Notes under the pieces: model-generated
The model's database searches: none
Told to the model about the DNA's origin: nothing
What the model saw: only the letters and a program-made list of their open reading frames with translations
NCBI GenBank assembly: GCA_963725665.1
Contig: CAVRZA010000004.1
Location: 480,001-544,000, forward strand
Direction of reading: 5' to 3'
DNA length: 64,000 nucleotides
Source of the DNA: an uncultured Actinomycetes bacterium
Lineage (GTDB): Bacteria > Actinomycetota > Thermoleophilia > UBA2241
In this document: positions 19,440-29,449 of the stretch, piece by piece
Layout of the letters: the number at the start of each line of letters is the position of its first letter
How positions within the stretch are numbered: the stretch's first letter is position 1
Program-made: the position numbers and the translations under genes

Positions 19440-20834
19440 ATGCCCCGCGGCTCGCGTTCGAGCACGGGAGAGAATCCCGACCAGATGCAACTCCCCGACT
19501 GGGTGACGCCGCCGCCGGAGCGGCGCAGCGGCGTGGAGCGGCGGTCGACGGACCGCCGCGCCACGCCGCGCTCGCCCGGCGGCGACCTCGCCGAGCGCCG
19601 GGAGAGCGAGCGACGCGTCGCTGAGCGCCGCCGGGCGGCCGCGGTGCGGCAGCCGCCCGGCGTCGCCGAGCGCCGCGTCCTCGTCATCGCCGCTATGCTG
19701 CTGCTGGTCTACGGCCTCGTCATGGCGTACAGCGCCTCGACGGCCAAGGCCTACTTCCAGTACGGCTCGAGCTTCTACCTGTTCGAGCGCCAGGTCGTTT
19801 ACGCCGTCCTCGGGGTGCTGGCGATGGTCCTGCTCTCGCGCGTCGACTACATCTGGTGGCGCCGTTTGGCTGTGCCGTTGGCGGTCCTGGTCACACTGGG
19901 ACTGGTCGCCGTGCTCGTCCCCGGCGTCGGCTCGCAGATCAACGGCGCCCGGCGCTGGATCATCGTCGGCGGCCAGTCGGTCACTCCGAGCGAGTTCGCC
20001 AAGCTGGCCGCCGTCATGCTCGTCGCGGCGCTCATCGCTCAGCGGCCCTGGGAGGTGCGCACCGCGCCCGGCTTCGCCAGATTGGTCGCCATCGGCATCC
20101 TGCCGGCCGCGGCCCTGATCATGCTCGAGCCCGACCTCGGCACCACCATGGTGCTGGTCCTCGCGGTGGTCGCCGTACTTCTTGCCGGCGGGGCGCGCAT
20201 CGGCCACTTCGTGGTCTTCACCCTGGCCGGCGCGCTGTGCGTCCTGGCGCTCATCGTCGTGGAGCCCTACCGCATGGCGCGGCTGACAGCGTTCTTGCAC
20301 CCGTGGCGAGACCCGCAGGGCAGCGGCATGCAGACGGTGCAGTCACTGATCTCGATCGCCTCGGGTCGCCTGTTCGGCGTCGGCCTCGGCAACTCTATCC
20401 AGAAGTTCGGCTTCCTCCCGGAGCAGGCGACCGACTCGATCACCGGCATCATCGGGGAGGAGCTGGGCCTCGCCGGTCTGCTCGTGCTGATCGGCCTCTA
20501 CGTGCTCCTCGCCTGGTCCTGTCTGCGCATCGCTCTCGACTGCAAGGAGCGCTTCGGCAAGCTGCTGGCCGTCGGCATCGCGACCGGCATCGCCGGACAG
20601 GCTCTCATCAACATCGGCGCGGCTCTGGGTGTGCTGCCCCTCACCGGGGTGCCCCTGCCGCTGGTGTCGCTGGGCGGGACGAGTCTCGTCGTCGTCCTGG
20701 CCGGCGTAGGTATAGTGCTCAACATCGCCACGAATCGCAGGAGCCACATCGTTGCCAGCCCTGAAGGGAGCGACCCTCCTCGTGGCGGCGGGCGGGACGG
20801 GCGGTCACATGACGCCCGCGCTCGCCGTCGCTGA
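19440..20834 (+). CDS. ftsW: SEDS peptidoglycan glycosyltransferase FtsW
   Basis: MAYSAS, NGARRWI, PSEFAK, EPDLGT, GVGLGNS, IGEELG and LPLTGVPLPLVSLGG. Confidence 0.95.
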   Translation: MPRGSRSSTGENPDQMQLPDWVTPPPERRSGVERRSTDRRATPRSPGGDLAERRESERRVAERRRAAAVRQPPGVAERRVLVIAAMLLLVYGLVMAYSASTAKAYFQYGSSFYLFERQVVYAVLGVLAMVLLSRVDYIWWRRLAVPLAVLVTLGLVAVLVPGVGSQINGARRWIIVGGQSVTPSEFAKLAAVMLVAALIAQRPWEVRTAPGFARLVAIGILPAAALIMLEPDLGTTMVLVLAVVAVLLAGGARIGHFVVFTLAGALCVLALIVVEPYRMARLTAFLHPWRDPQGSGMQTVQSLISIASGRLFGVGLGNSIQKFGFLPEQATDSITGIIGEELGLAGLLVLIGLYVLLAWSCLRIALDCKERFGKLLAVGIATGIAGQALINIGAALGVLPLTGVPLPLVSLGGTSLVVVLAGVGIVLNIATNRRSHIVASPEGSDPPRGGGRDGRSHDARARRR

Positions 20835-21840
20835 CGAGCTCGACCGGCGCGGCGCTCGCGTCGCCTTCGTCACGACGCCGTCGCAGCTCGCCCGCGTCGC
20901 GGAACGCTACCCGGCGCGCGCCATCGAGATGAGGGGCTTCGAGCGGCGGCTGCTGGCCGCCGAGAACGTGACTACCCTGCGGCGGCTGGCAGCCGCTGCT
21001 CCCAGCGCATGGCGCGCCGTGAGCGAGGTCCGGCCCGACGTCGTGCTCGGCGGCGGCGGTTACGTGAGCGGTCCCGTCGTCGCCCTGGCGGGGCTGCGCG
21101 GCGTCCCGGCGCTGGCGCTCGAGAACGACGCCCACCTCGGCGTGACCAACCGCCTGCTGCGTCCGTTCGTGCGCCGCTTCTGTCTCGCGTTCCCCATCGC
21201 GGGGCTGGGACCGCCCAAGTACGTCGTCACGGGCCGGGCCCTCTCGGAGCGTCAGCTCGCCGCCGACGCCGCCGAGGCGCGGCGCGTCTTCGAGCTGGCT
21301 GCCGACGTCCCGCTGGTGCTCGCCTTCGGTGGCAGCCAGGGGGCGCAGAGCATCAACCGCGCTTGTGTCGAGGGCTTCTCGCCGGCGCCGCGCGGCTTCC
21401 AGCTCGTGCTGGTGACGGGGGAGAGGAACCTCGCGGCCGTAGACGAGGATCTCGCGCGGCGGGACGTCGACCGTTCGCTCTTCACGACGGTCGGCTACAC
21501 CGACAAGCTCGCCGACCTCATGGCCGCCGCCGACCTCATCGTCGCGCGCTCGGGAGGCTCGCTGGCCGAGATCACCGCTCTCGGTCGGCCGGCGATTCTG
21601 GTACCCTACCCCTTCGCCAGCGCCGACCATCAGCGCAGGAACGCCGAGTGGATGGCCGCCGGCGGCGGGGCCGTCATCGTCCCCGACGAGGAGCTGGACG
21701 GAGCGCGCCTGGCGCGCGAGGTCGCGGCGCTGCTGAGCGATCAGGAGCGGCTGGCGCGGATGGCGGCCGCGAGCCGGGCGCTGGGGCGGCCGGCGGCCAC
21801 GGCCGCCGTGGCCGATGAGATCGCACGGGTGCTGGCGTAG
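20752..21840 (+). CDS. murG: Undecaprenyl-PP-MurNAc-pentapeptide GlcNAc transferase
   Basis: GGTGGH, GGGYVSGP, GGSQGA and HQRRNA. Confidence 0.95.
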   Translation: MPALKGATLLVAAGGTGGHMTPALAVADELDRRGARVAFVTTPSQLARVAERYPARAIEMRGFERRLLAAENVTTLRRLAAAAPSAWRAVSEVRPDVVLGGGGYVSGPVVALAGLRGVPALALENDAHLGVTNRLLRPFVRRFCLAFPIAGLGPPKYVVTGRALSERQLAADAAEARRVFELAADVPLVLAFGGSQGAQSINRACVEGFSPAPRGFQLVLVTGERNLAAVDEDLARRDVDRSLFTTVGYTDKLADLMAAADLIVARSGGSLAEITALGRPAILVPYPFASADHQRRNAEWMAAGGGAVIVPDEELDGARLAREVAALLSDQERLARMAAASRALGRPAATAAVADEIARVLA

Positions 21841-21918
21841 CAGGGCGCGCCGGACCGCTCTCTCCCGTCGAACGGGCGAGGGTCGGCGGGCGTGCCGGCG
21901 AAGAGGAGCGAGGAGAGG

Positions 21919-23367
21919 ATGACGCAAAGCGGTCGAGACGTGAGCAGTGCTGTGCACGAGCCGCCGGCGGGGCCGGTGCACTTCATCGGCATCGGCGGCG
22001 CCGGCATGAGCGGCATCGCCGCCGTCCTCGCCCGTCTCGGGGTCGCCGTCACGGGCTCCGACCTCAAGGTGTCGCGCTACACGCGTCACGTCGAGGGGCT
22101 CGGCGTCGCGGTCCACATCGGGCACCACGAGGCCAACCTCGGTGAGGCCGCCATGGTCGTGATCTCCTCGGCCATCCCCGAGTCCAACCCCGAGCTGCGC
22201 GCCGCCCGGCGAACGGGACTGCCCGTCCTGCAGCGGGCCGAGATGCTGGCGCGCGTGATGACCATGCGGCGCGGCATCGCCGTGGCGGGCACGCACGGCA
22301 AGACGACGACCTCGTCGATGGTCTCGCACGTCCTGTTCCAGTGCGGCCTCGAACCCACCTTCCTCGTCGGCGGCGAGCTCAACGACATGGGCTCCAACGC
22401 CGGCGTGGGCGGGGGCGAGTGGCTCGTCGCCGAGGCCGACGAGAGCGACGGCAGCCTCCTCTTCCTGCGTCCCGAGGTGGCCGTGGTGACCAACGTCGAG
22501 CTCGACCACCACGCCAACTACCGCTGTCTCGACGAGGTGCGCGACGTGTTCCGGCGCTTCGTCGCGCTGCTGCCGCCGACTGGCCTTCTAGTGCTCGCCG
22601 AGGAGCCGACGACCGCGTTCCTGCCCGGGGCCTCGGGAGCGCCCGTCGTGACCTACGGCATCGATCGCGGCGATCTCGCGGCCGATGTCGAGCGCGTCGA
22701 CGATCGCGGCAGTGCGTTCGTCGTGCGCGAGCGCGGCGAGCAGTTGGGGCGCGTCGAGCTGCGCGTGCCGGGCGAGCACAACGTGCTCAACGCGCTCGCC
22801 GCCCTCGGCGCGCTGGCGCACGCCGGTGTGAGCTTCGACCAAGCGGCGCCCCACCTGGCCACCTTCAGCGGCGCAGCCCGTCGCTACCAGGAGTTGGGGC
22901 GCCGCGACGGCGTCGTGGTCGTCGACGACTACGCCCACCACCCGACCGAGATCGCCGCCACGCTGAAGGCTGCCAAGGCAGGCTCCCACCGACGGGTGAT
23001 CGCCGTCTTCCAGCCCCACCTCTTCTCGCGCACGCGCTACCTGCAGCGCGAGTTCGGCAGGGCGCTGACCCTGGCCGACGAGGCCATCGTCACCGATGTC
23101 TTCGCGGCGCGCGAGGAACCCGAGCCGGGTGTGAGCGGCAAGCTGATCGTCGACGCCTACCTGGCCGAGCGTCCCGGCGGCCCGGTGTGGTACCTGCCGC
23201 ACCTCGGCGACGTCGTCGGTCATCTGGCGCGCTCCGTGCGCCCCGGAGACCTGGTGCTGACGATCGGCGCCGGCGATGTGTTCAGGGTGGGGGAGAGGCT
23301 GCTCGAGGAGCTCGCCGGCGAGCCTGCGGATGAGTCTTCCGCGGCCGCCGGCACCATCTCGGACTGA
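21919..23367 (+). CDS. murC: UDP-MurNAc--L-Ala ligase
   Basis: HFIGIGGAGMSGIA, GTHGKTTTSSM, EADESDGS, DDYAHHPTEI and FQPH; AGGAGAGG SD. Confidence 0.97.
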   Translation: MTQSGRDVSSAVHEPPAGPVHFIGIGGAGMSGIAAVLARLGVAVTGSDLKVSRYTRHVEGLGVAVHIGHHEANLGEAAMVVISSAIPESNPELRAARRTGLPVLQRAEMLARVMTMRRGIAVAGTHGKTTTSSMVSHVLFQCGLEPTFLVGGELNDMGSNAGVGGGEWLVAEADESDGSLLFLRPEVAVVTNVELDHHANYRCLDEVRDVFRRFVALLPPTGLLVLAEEPTTAFLPGASGAPVVTYGIDRGDLAADVERVDDRGSAFVVRERGEQLGRVELRVPGEHNVLNALAALGALAHAGVSFDQAAPHLATFSGAARRYQELGRRDGVVVVDDYAHHPTEIAATLKAAKAGSHRRVIAVFQPHLFSRTRYLQREFGRALTLADEAIVTDVFAAREEPEPGVSGKLIVDAYLAERPGGPVWYLPHLGDVVGHLARSVRPGDLVLTIGAGDVFRVGERLLEELAGEPADESSAAAGTISD

Positions 23368-23516
23368 CGCCTCGCCGGAGGCGTTCATCTACGCCGGACC
23401 CTTCAAGGAGAAGGCCGCCTCCCGGCGAATGAGCCACAAGGGAGGACTGGTTCGGCGTCGCCGTACCCTGCGGTCCCCCGGGAGAGCCGGGTCGCGGGCG
23501 ATGGGAGGTGTGACGA

Positions 23517-24817
23517 GTGACGAGCAGTGGGCGACGGCCTCGTGTGCGTCTGCGCGTCCTCCTCATCGTGCTCATCGTCGCGCTTCCCCTGAGCGTCTAC
23601 CTGTGGGGACGCGGCTCCTCGGCATTCGCGGTGCAGCGCATCGAGCTCTCGGGGGCGCGCAGGGTCTCGGCCGCCAAGGCGGCCAAGACCCTGCGCGCCC
23701 GCTTCCTCGGGCACAACCTCTTCGGCGTGCGCGTCGCCCAGGTCGCCGCCGCTTTGGAGTCCTTCCCCTACTTCGCGCACGTCGAGATCGACCGCGACTT
23801 CCCCAACACGCTGCTTGTGCGCATCGTCGAGTACCGGCCGGCGGCCGTGCTCTTCTCAGCGGGGCGCTGGTACGTCGTGTCGCGCGAGGGCCGCGTGCTG
23901 CTGCGACTGCCGGGCGTCGTCGCGCCGCCTTCGGCGGCGAGCGGGGTCAGTGCTGGGGCGCAGGGGTCGGCGGGCGACGGGCAGGCCGACGGCGACGCCC
24001 GCTCGGGGACCGTCAAGACGACGGCCGCGTCGCGGGCGACGCGGCGGCCGCCACGCCGGCCGCGTCGGGAGGGACCTCGGCCGGCAGCGGCGGGACGAGC
24101 TCCGCATCGACGACCAACGCCGCGGCCGTCGACTCGACGACGACCAGCGCGAGCGCCGCCGCGGCAAGCGACGCGTCGGCGCTCGCGGCGTCGATCAGCT
24201 CCGCCTCGCTTGGAGCTCCGGCGCACGCGCCGTCCCTGTTCGCCGGAGATCTGACGGCCGAGATCCTCGCCGCCGCCGCGCCGCCGCGGCAAGCGGACCG
24301 GCTGCCCGTGCTGGTCACGAAGAAGAAGGTGAAGGTCGGCAGTACCGTCGCCGACCGCTCCGTGCGCGACGCGCTCGCCGTGCTGGCGGCGCTGCCCACG
24401 AGCCTGCGATCGCAGGTGCTGTTCGTGACGGTCGCCCCCGCCGGCATCGACGTCGTGCTGCGCAGCGGGGTGACCTTCGCCTTGGGCGACGCGCACGACC
24501 TGGACAACAAGGTCCTCGCCCTGCGGGCGGTGCTCGCGGCCTATCAGCGTCATCGTGTGCGCGCGACCTGGGTCGACGTCTCGGTGCCCAACCGGCCGCT
24601 GGGCACCCCGGTCATCGTCAGTCGTCCCGCCCAGGTGCAGTCCGCGTCGCCGACGCCCAAGTCCACCCCGACGCCCAAGTCCACCCCGACGCCCAAGTCC
24701 ACCGCGACGCCCAGGACCACGAAGGCCAGCCCCTCGCCCACCGCCAGTGGCTCGCCTGCGAACGGCAAGAGCGCTACTCCCTCGCCCAAGCCCACGAGGA
24801 CTGCGGCGTCGCCGTGA
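23517..24817 (+). CDS. ftsQ: Cell division protein FtsQ/DivIB with long low-complexity insert and tail; frameshift near 24030
   Basis: TM helix and POTRA-like segment (FAVQRIELSG...IDRDFPNTLLVRIVEYRP); the shifted frame carries ALGDAHDLDNKV...VDVSVPNRP; gene lies before ftsZ. Confidence 0.8.
24650..24720 (+). repeat. 18-bp tandem repeat encoding PTPKST x3 plus a degenerate fourth copy
   Basis: ccgacgcccaagtccacc repeated in the ftsQ 3' tail. Confidence 0.9.
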
Positions 24818-24903
24818 CCTGTCGGCGCGGCGACGCCGCAGTCCTCCGGCGAGTCGGGCCCGATGGCGTCGCCGGGCGTGACGGCGCATCGACGAGGCCT
24901 CGT

Positions 24904-24932
24904 TTGACACTCATAGGAGGCGTCAGTATGCT
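24904..24932 (+). promoter_or_regulatory. Housekeeping-sigma promoter for ftsZ (TTGACA-17-TATGCT)
   Basis: Perfect -35 at 24904-24909, -10 at 24927-24932, 17-bp spacer. Confidence 0.8.
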
Positions 24933-25107
24933 AGCCGGAAGCCCGGCTCAAGCCGGCGATGAGAGTTCCCTAGTGTGGGAAAGCCCTGCAAAACGGCTCT
25001 GAACGAAGTGGAGACCGCAAGGCCCGCAGTCACGCTTCAAGCAGAGCTTGAGGGTTTGCGGCGGCGGATTCGGCGAGTCTCAACGGTGACAGGAGGGTGA
25101 GCGGGCG

Positions 25108-26200
25108 ATGATGGACTCTTCGAGCAACTACCTCGCCGTCATCAAGGTCGTCGGCGTCGGCGGGGGCGGCACCAACGCCGTGAACCGCATGGTCGACGCG
25201 GGCCTGCGCGGCGTCGAGTTCATCGCCGTCAACACCGACGCACAAGCGCTGCTCATGTGCGACGCCGATGTGAAGATCCACATCGGCAGCAAGATCACCC
25301 GCGGTCTTGGGGCGGGCGCCAACCCGACGATCGGCTACCAGGCTGCCGTCGAGAGCAAGGACGAGCTGCGTGACGCCCTCAAGGGCGCCGACATGGTGTT
25401 CGTGACCGCCGGCAAGGGCGGCGGCACGGGAACTGGCGCGGCGCCCGTCATCGCCCAGCTGGCCAAAGAGCTTGGCGCTCTCACGGTGGGTGTGGTGACG
25501 CGTCCCTTCGGCTTCGAGGGCAAACGCCGCGCCCGCCAGGCCGAGGACGGCATCCGAGCCCTCCGCGACAAGGTCGACACGCTCATCATCATCCCCAACG
25601 ACCGCCTTCTGCAGGTCGTCGAGCGCCGCACCTCGATCATCGACGCCTTCAAGGTCGCCGACGACGTGCTGCGCCAGGGCGTGCAGGGCATCACCGACCT
25701 CATCACGGTGCCCGGCCTCATCAACCTCGACTTCGCCGACGTGCGCACGATCATGAAAGACGCCGGTTCCGCCCTCATGGGCATCGGTGTGTCCAGCGGG
25801 GAGAACCGCGCCGTGGAGGCGGCCAAGGCGGCCATCTCCTCGCCCTTGCTCGAGGCGAGCGTCGAGGGGGCCATGGGGATCCTGCTCAACATCACCGGCG
25901 GCGGCGATCTCGGCCTGTTCGAGGTCAACGAGGCGGCCGAGATCATCTCGGGCGCCGCCGACTCGGACTGCAACATCATCTTCGGCGCCGTCATCGACGA
26001 GAACCTCGCCGACGAGGTGCGCGTCACGGTGATCGCGACGGGCTTCGACCATCCCCGCGCCGGCGAACGGCAGGCAGCCGAGCCGGCCGCCAAGGACGAG
26101 CCCCTCAAAGGGTCGACACTCCTGAAGGACCGAGGACAAGCCGACCTTCGAGATCGACGAGGACGTGCTCGACATCCCGAGCTTCCTGAAGGACCGCTGA
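25108..26200 (+). CDS. ftsZ: Cell division GTPase FtsZ; extra G near 26127 displaces the C-terminal peptide
   Basis: [17 protein letters not shown] and NLDFAD. Removing one G restores ...[17 protein letters not shown] with TGA at 26198-26200. Confidence 0.97.
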
Positions 26201-26371
26201 CGATACCGGGCGCGCCACGCCGGCGTGCTGTTCGTCGACTTCGGATTCGCGACCTGCAGGCTGCGGATGCTGCCGTCGGTCGGCCGTGCCGCGCGACGTG
26301 CGTGCCCCCCGTCGCCACCAACGAAGTGCGTTTTTGCAGGGGTTTCTTCATTCTTGCAGCCTCCGTGTCGA

Positions 26372-26400
26372 TTGCATTCGCCTTCTGAACCGTCTAACCT
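26372..26400 (+). promoter_or_regulatory. Promoter for secDF (TTGCAT-17-TAACCT)
   Basis: -35 at 26372-26377, -10 at 26395-26400. Confidence 0.55.
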
Positions 26401-26448
26401 GTAACGCTTGATGGCCTCGACCAGATCGGTACATCCCGCACCCTTCTC

Positions 26449-28149
26449 GTGAAGCCCAAACAACGACATCTCACCATCCTGCTCGTCGTCGCGGCGCTCG
26501 TCGCCGTCTCGATCTACTTCATCGTCCCGCCGGCGGCGAAGACCCACCTCGGCCTCGACCTGCAGGGCGGCCTCGAGGTCGTCTACCAGGCGAAGACCAC
26601 GAGCGGTAAGCCGCCAACGCCGGACCAGTTGAACCAGACGCTCAGCATCATCAACAAGCGCGTCAACGGCCTCGGCGTGAGCGAAGCGCAGGTGCAGAAG
26701 CAGGGCTCCGACCAGATCTCCGTCGCCCTGCCCGGCGTGAGGAACCAAGAGCAGGCCGTGTCGATCATCGGCAAGACCGCACAGCTCCTCTTCTACGACG
26801 ACTCCAAGACACGCGTCGCCGGCCCGACGGCATCGCGCGAGGAGCTCCTCAAGCCCTACAAGGGCAAGGTGCCCAAGGGGATGACTCTGATCACCGCAGC
26901 CCCCGGGGCCGCGAGCCAGAACTCCCCTCAGGTGTACTTCCTCTACAAGGACAAGCCAGCCATGACTGGCGCGGCCATCAAGAGCGCGCGTCAGAGCTTC
27001 GACCAGACCAACCGGCCCAACGTGCTCATCGACTTCACCACCGAGGGCGGCAAGCAGTTCGGTGAGGTGACCAAGCAGCTCGCCCTCACTGGCGCGCTCA
27101 AAGGCGTGCCGCAGCAGTTCGCCATCGTCCTCGACGGCCAGATGGAGTCCGATCCGCAGGTCGATCCCAAGGACAACCCCAACGGCATCCAGGGCGGCAG
27201 CGCCGAGATCACGGGTAACTTCACCATCCAGGAGGCCAAGGACCTGGCCCTGGTGCTCAACACCGGCGCCTTGCCGGTGAGCCTGACGCAGATCATGAAG
27301 ACCCAGGTCTCGGCCACCCTCGGCAAGGACTCGCTGATCGCCGGCCTCATCGCCGCCGCCGTCGGCTTCGCCATCGTCTTCGGCTATCTCATCGTCTATT
27401 ACCGTTTTCTGGGTCTCATCGCCGATATCGCCCTGCTCATCTACGCGGTCCTGCTCTACGGCCTCTTCAATGCCATCCCTGTGACGCTGACCCTGCCGGG
27501 CATCGCCGGCATGATCCTCACCATCGGCGTGGCGGCCGACGCCAACGTGGTCATCTTCGAGCGCATCAAGGAGGAGGTGCGTCGCGGCAAGACGGTGCGC
27601 ACGGCAGTCAACACGGGCTACGGGCGCGGCTTCCGCACCATCCTCGACGCCAACGTCCTCACGCTGCTCACCGCAGTCGTGCTCTTCGAGTTCGCCACGG
27701 CGCAGCCCAAGGGCTTTGCCTTCACCCTGATCCTCGGCGTGCTGGTGAGCATGTTCACCGCCGTGCTGGCGACGCGTGCCATGCTCGGCTTGCTCTCCGA
27801 TTACGCCTTCTTCAACCGCCCGGGGCTCCTGGGCGTCAGGAGCGGCGACATCCGCGCCGACGCCCCTGCGGGTGTGGGCGCGGTCGAGCGGCGGCGGGCG
27901 CGGGCGAGGCGCGCGGCGGCGTCGGCCGCCGCCGGCAACGGCGGCGGCGACCTCGACGACCTCGCCGAGCCCGACCTGCTCGATGACGAAGCCGCGGAGC
28001 CCGCAGATCTGCTCGAGGCGCCGGAGCCGGCGGAGGCGCCGGCCGCACCGGCAGCGCCGGCTGCGCCGGCTCCGGCGGGTCCGACCCGCAGCGGCCGCCC
28101 GACGCGCCAGCGGCGCAAGCGCGGCGGTGCGAAGAAGAAGAGGAGATAG
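26449..28149 (+). CDS. secD: Protein translocase subunit SecD
   Basis: LGLDLQGG, RVNGLGVSE, GALPV, TLTLPGIAG, DANVVIFERIKEE and ILDAN. Confidence 0.96.
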   Translation: MKPKQRHLTILLVVAALVAVSIYFIVPPAAKTHLGLDLQGGLEVVYQAKTTSGKPPTPDQLNQTLSIINKRVNGLGVSEAQVQKQGSDQISVALPGVRNQEQAVSIIGKTAQLLFYDDSKTRVAGPTASREELLKPYKGKVPKGMTLITAAPGAASQNSPQVYFLYKDKPAMTGAAIKSARQSFDQTNRPNVLIDFTTEGGKQFGEVTKQLALTGALKGVPQQFAIVLDGQMESDPQVDPKDNPNGIQGGSAEITGNFTIQEAKDLALVLNTGALPVSLTQIMKTQVSATLGKDSLIAGLIAAAVGFAIVFGYLIVYYRFLGLIADIALLIYAVLLYGLFNAIPVTLTLPGIAGMILTIGVAADANVVIFERIKEEVRRGKTVRTAVNTGYGRGFRTILDANVLTLLTAVVLFEFATAQPKGFAFTLILGVLVSMFTAVLATRAMLGLLSDYAFFNRPGLLGVRSGDIRADAPAGVGAVERRRARARRAAASAAAGNGGGDLDDLAEPDLLDDEAAEPADLLEAPEPAEAPAAPAAPAAPAPAGPTRSGRPTRQRRKRGGAKKKRR

Positions 28150-28151
28150 GC

Positions 28152-29123
28152 GTGCTGCGTAGGCTGCGGGGCATCTACTCGTTCGACTACATGCGCCACA
28201 AGAAGTGGTGGTTCGGGATCTCCGCGACCATCATCGCCATCGGTCTGGTGGCCATGTTCGTGCGTGGCGACGGCGTCCCGTGGCGCGGCTTCAACTTCGG
28301 TCTCGAGTTCAAGACGGGGACCCGTGTCGGGATCGCCTTCAGCGACCGCGGCATCGATGTCCCCGAAGTCCGTGCGGCGGTGACGGCCGCCGGCTATCCC
28401 GACGCCGTCATCCAGCAGGTCACGCTCGCCGGCGGTACGCCCGGCTTCCAGATCCAGGTGAGGACGCTGGACCCGACGCAGGAGCAAGCGCTCAAGGCGA
28501 AGCTGAGCGAGGCGTTCAACAAGAAGGCGACCATCGCCGCGTACGAGGTCCAGACCGTCGGCCCGACGTTCGGCAAGGAGATCGCCTCGGCGTCCTACAA
28601 GGCCATCGCGCTCGCCCTGCTGCTGATCCTCGTCTACATCTCGCTGCGTTTCGAGTGGAAGTTCGCGCTGGGAGCGATCCTGGCGGAGTTCCACGACCTG
28701 CTCGTCGTGCTCGGTATCTACGCCCTGACCGGTCGCGAGATCACGACGGCCACCATCGCCGCCGTCCTCACCATCCTCGGCTACTCGCTCTACGACACGG
28801 TCATCGTCTACGACCGTATCCGCGAGAACGCGCCCAAGATGCGCCGCGTGCCCTATGCCGACATGGTCAACCGCTCTATCTGGGAGACCCTCACGCGCTC
28901 CATCAACACGACGATGATGACGTTGATCCCCGTCGTCTGCCTGCTGCTCTTCGGCGGCTCCACTCTCAAGGACTTCGCCTTCGCGCTGCTGATCGGTGTG
29001 GCATCGGGCGCCTACTCGTCGATCTTCGTCGCCAGCCCCTTCCTCTGCTGGCTCAAGGAGCGCGAGCCGCAGAACCGCAAGCTCGCCGCACGGGCCCAGC
29101 AGAGCCCGGGTTCGGCGCGCTGA
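28152..29123 (+). CDS. secF: Protein translocase subunit SecF
   Basis: GLEFKTG, VGPTFG, GYSLYDTVIVYDRIREN, TRSINT and GAYSSIFVA. Confidence 0.96.
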   Translation: MLRRLRGIYSFDYMRHKKWWFGISATIIAIGLVAMFVRGDGVPWRGFNFGLEFKTGTRVGIAFSDRGIDVPEVRAAVTAAGYPDAVIQQVTLAGGTPGFQIQVRTLDPTQEQALKAKLSEAFNKKATIAAYEVQTVGPTFGKEIASASYKAIALALLLILVYISLRFEWKFALGAILAEFHDLLVVLGIYALTGREITTATIAAVLTILGYSLYDTVIVYDRIRENAPKMRRVPYADMVNRSIWETLTRSINTTMMTLIPVVCLLLFGGSTLKDFAFALLIGVASGAYSSIFVASPFLCWLKEREPQNRKLAARAQQSPGSAR

Positions 29124-29449
29124 GCGTCGGCTTCGCCGGCGTCTTAGCGTCCCTCCCGGCCGCCCGGCGTCTGCTGCCCGCGCGCGCCTCAGGCGCCGGC
29201 AGAGGCGACCCTCTAGCCGCACCTGAGGTCGCGGCCGGACCGTTCCGACGTCCCTCAGCCTCGCCTCGAAGGTCACGCAAATGCAGGGGTTTTGTGGCCC
29301 TTTGCGGCTTTACAGGAGGCTGTGGTTGACCTAAGTTTCGGTGCCGTGAGAGAAGACCGGTCGACGAAAGATGGCCAAAGGCGCGCTGCGGCACGGCGCT
29401 CGTCCTTCCGCCGGTATGGGGTCGAGGACAGAGGATCGGGGGAATCGCC

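Noticed and set aside
26127-26388. Unusual Arg-rich/hydrophobic FtsZ C-terminal extension
   Set aside because: The canonical LDIPSFL tail is present in the +1 frame ending at 26200, so the extension is an indel artefact.
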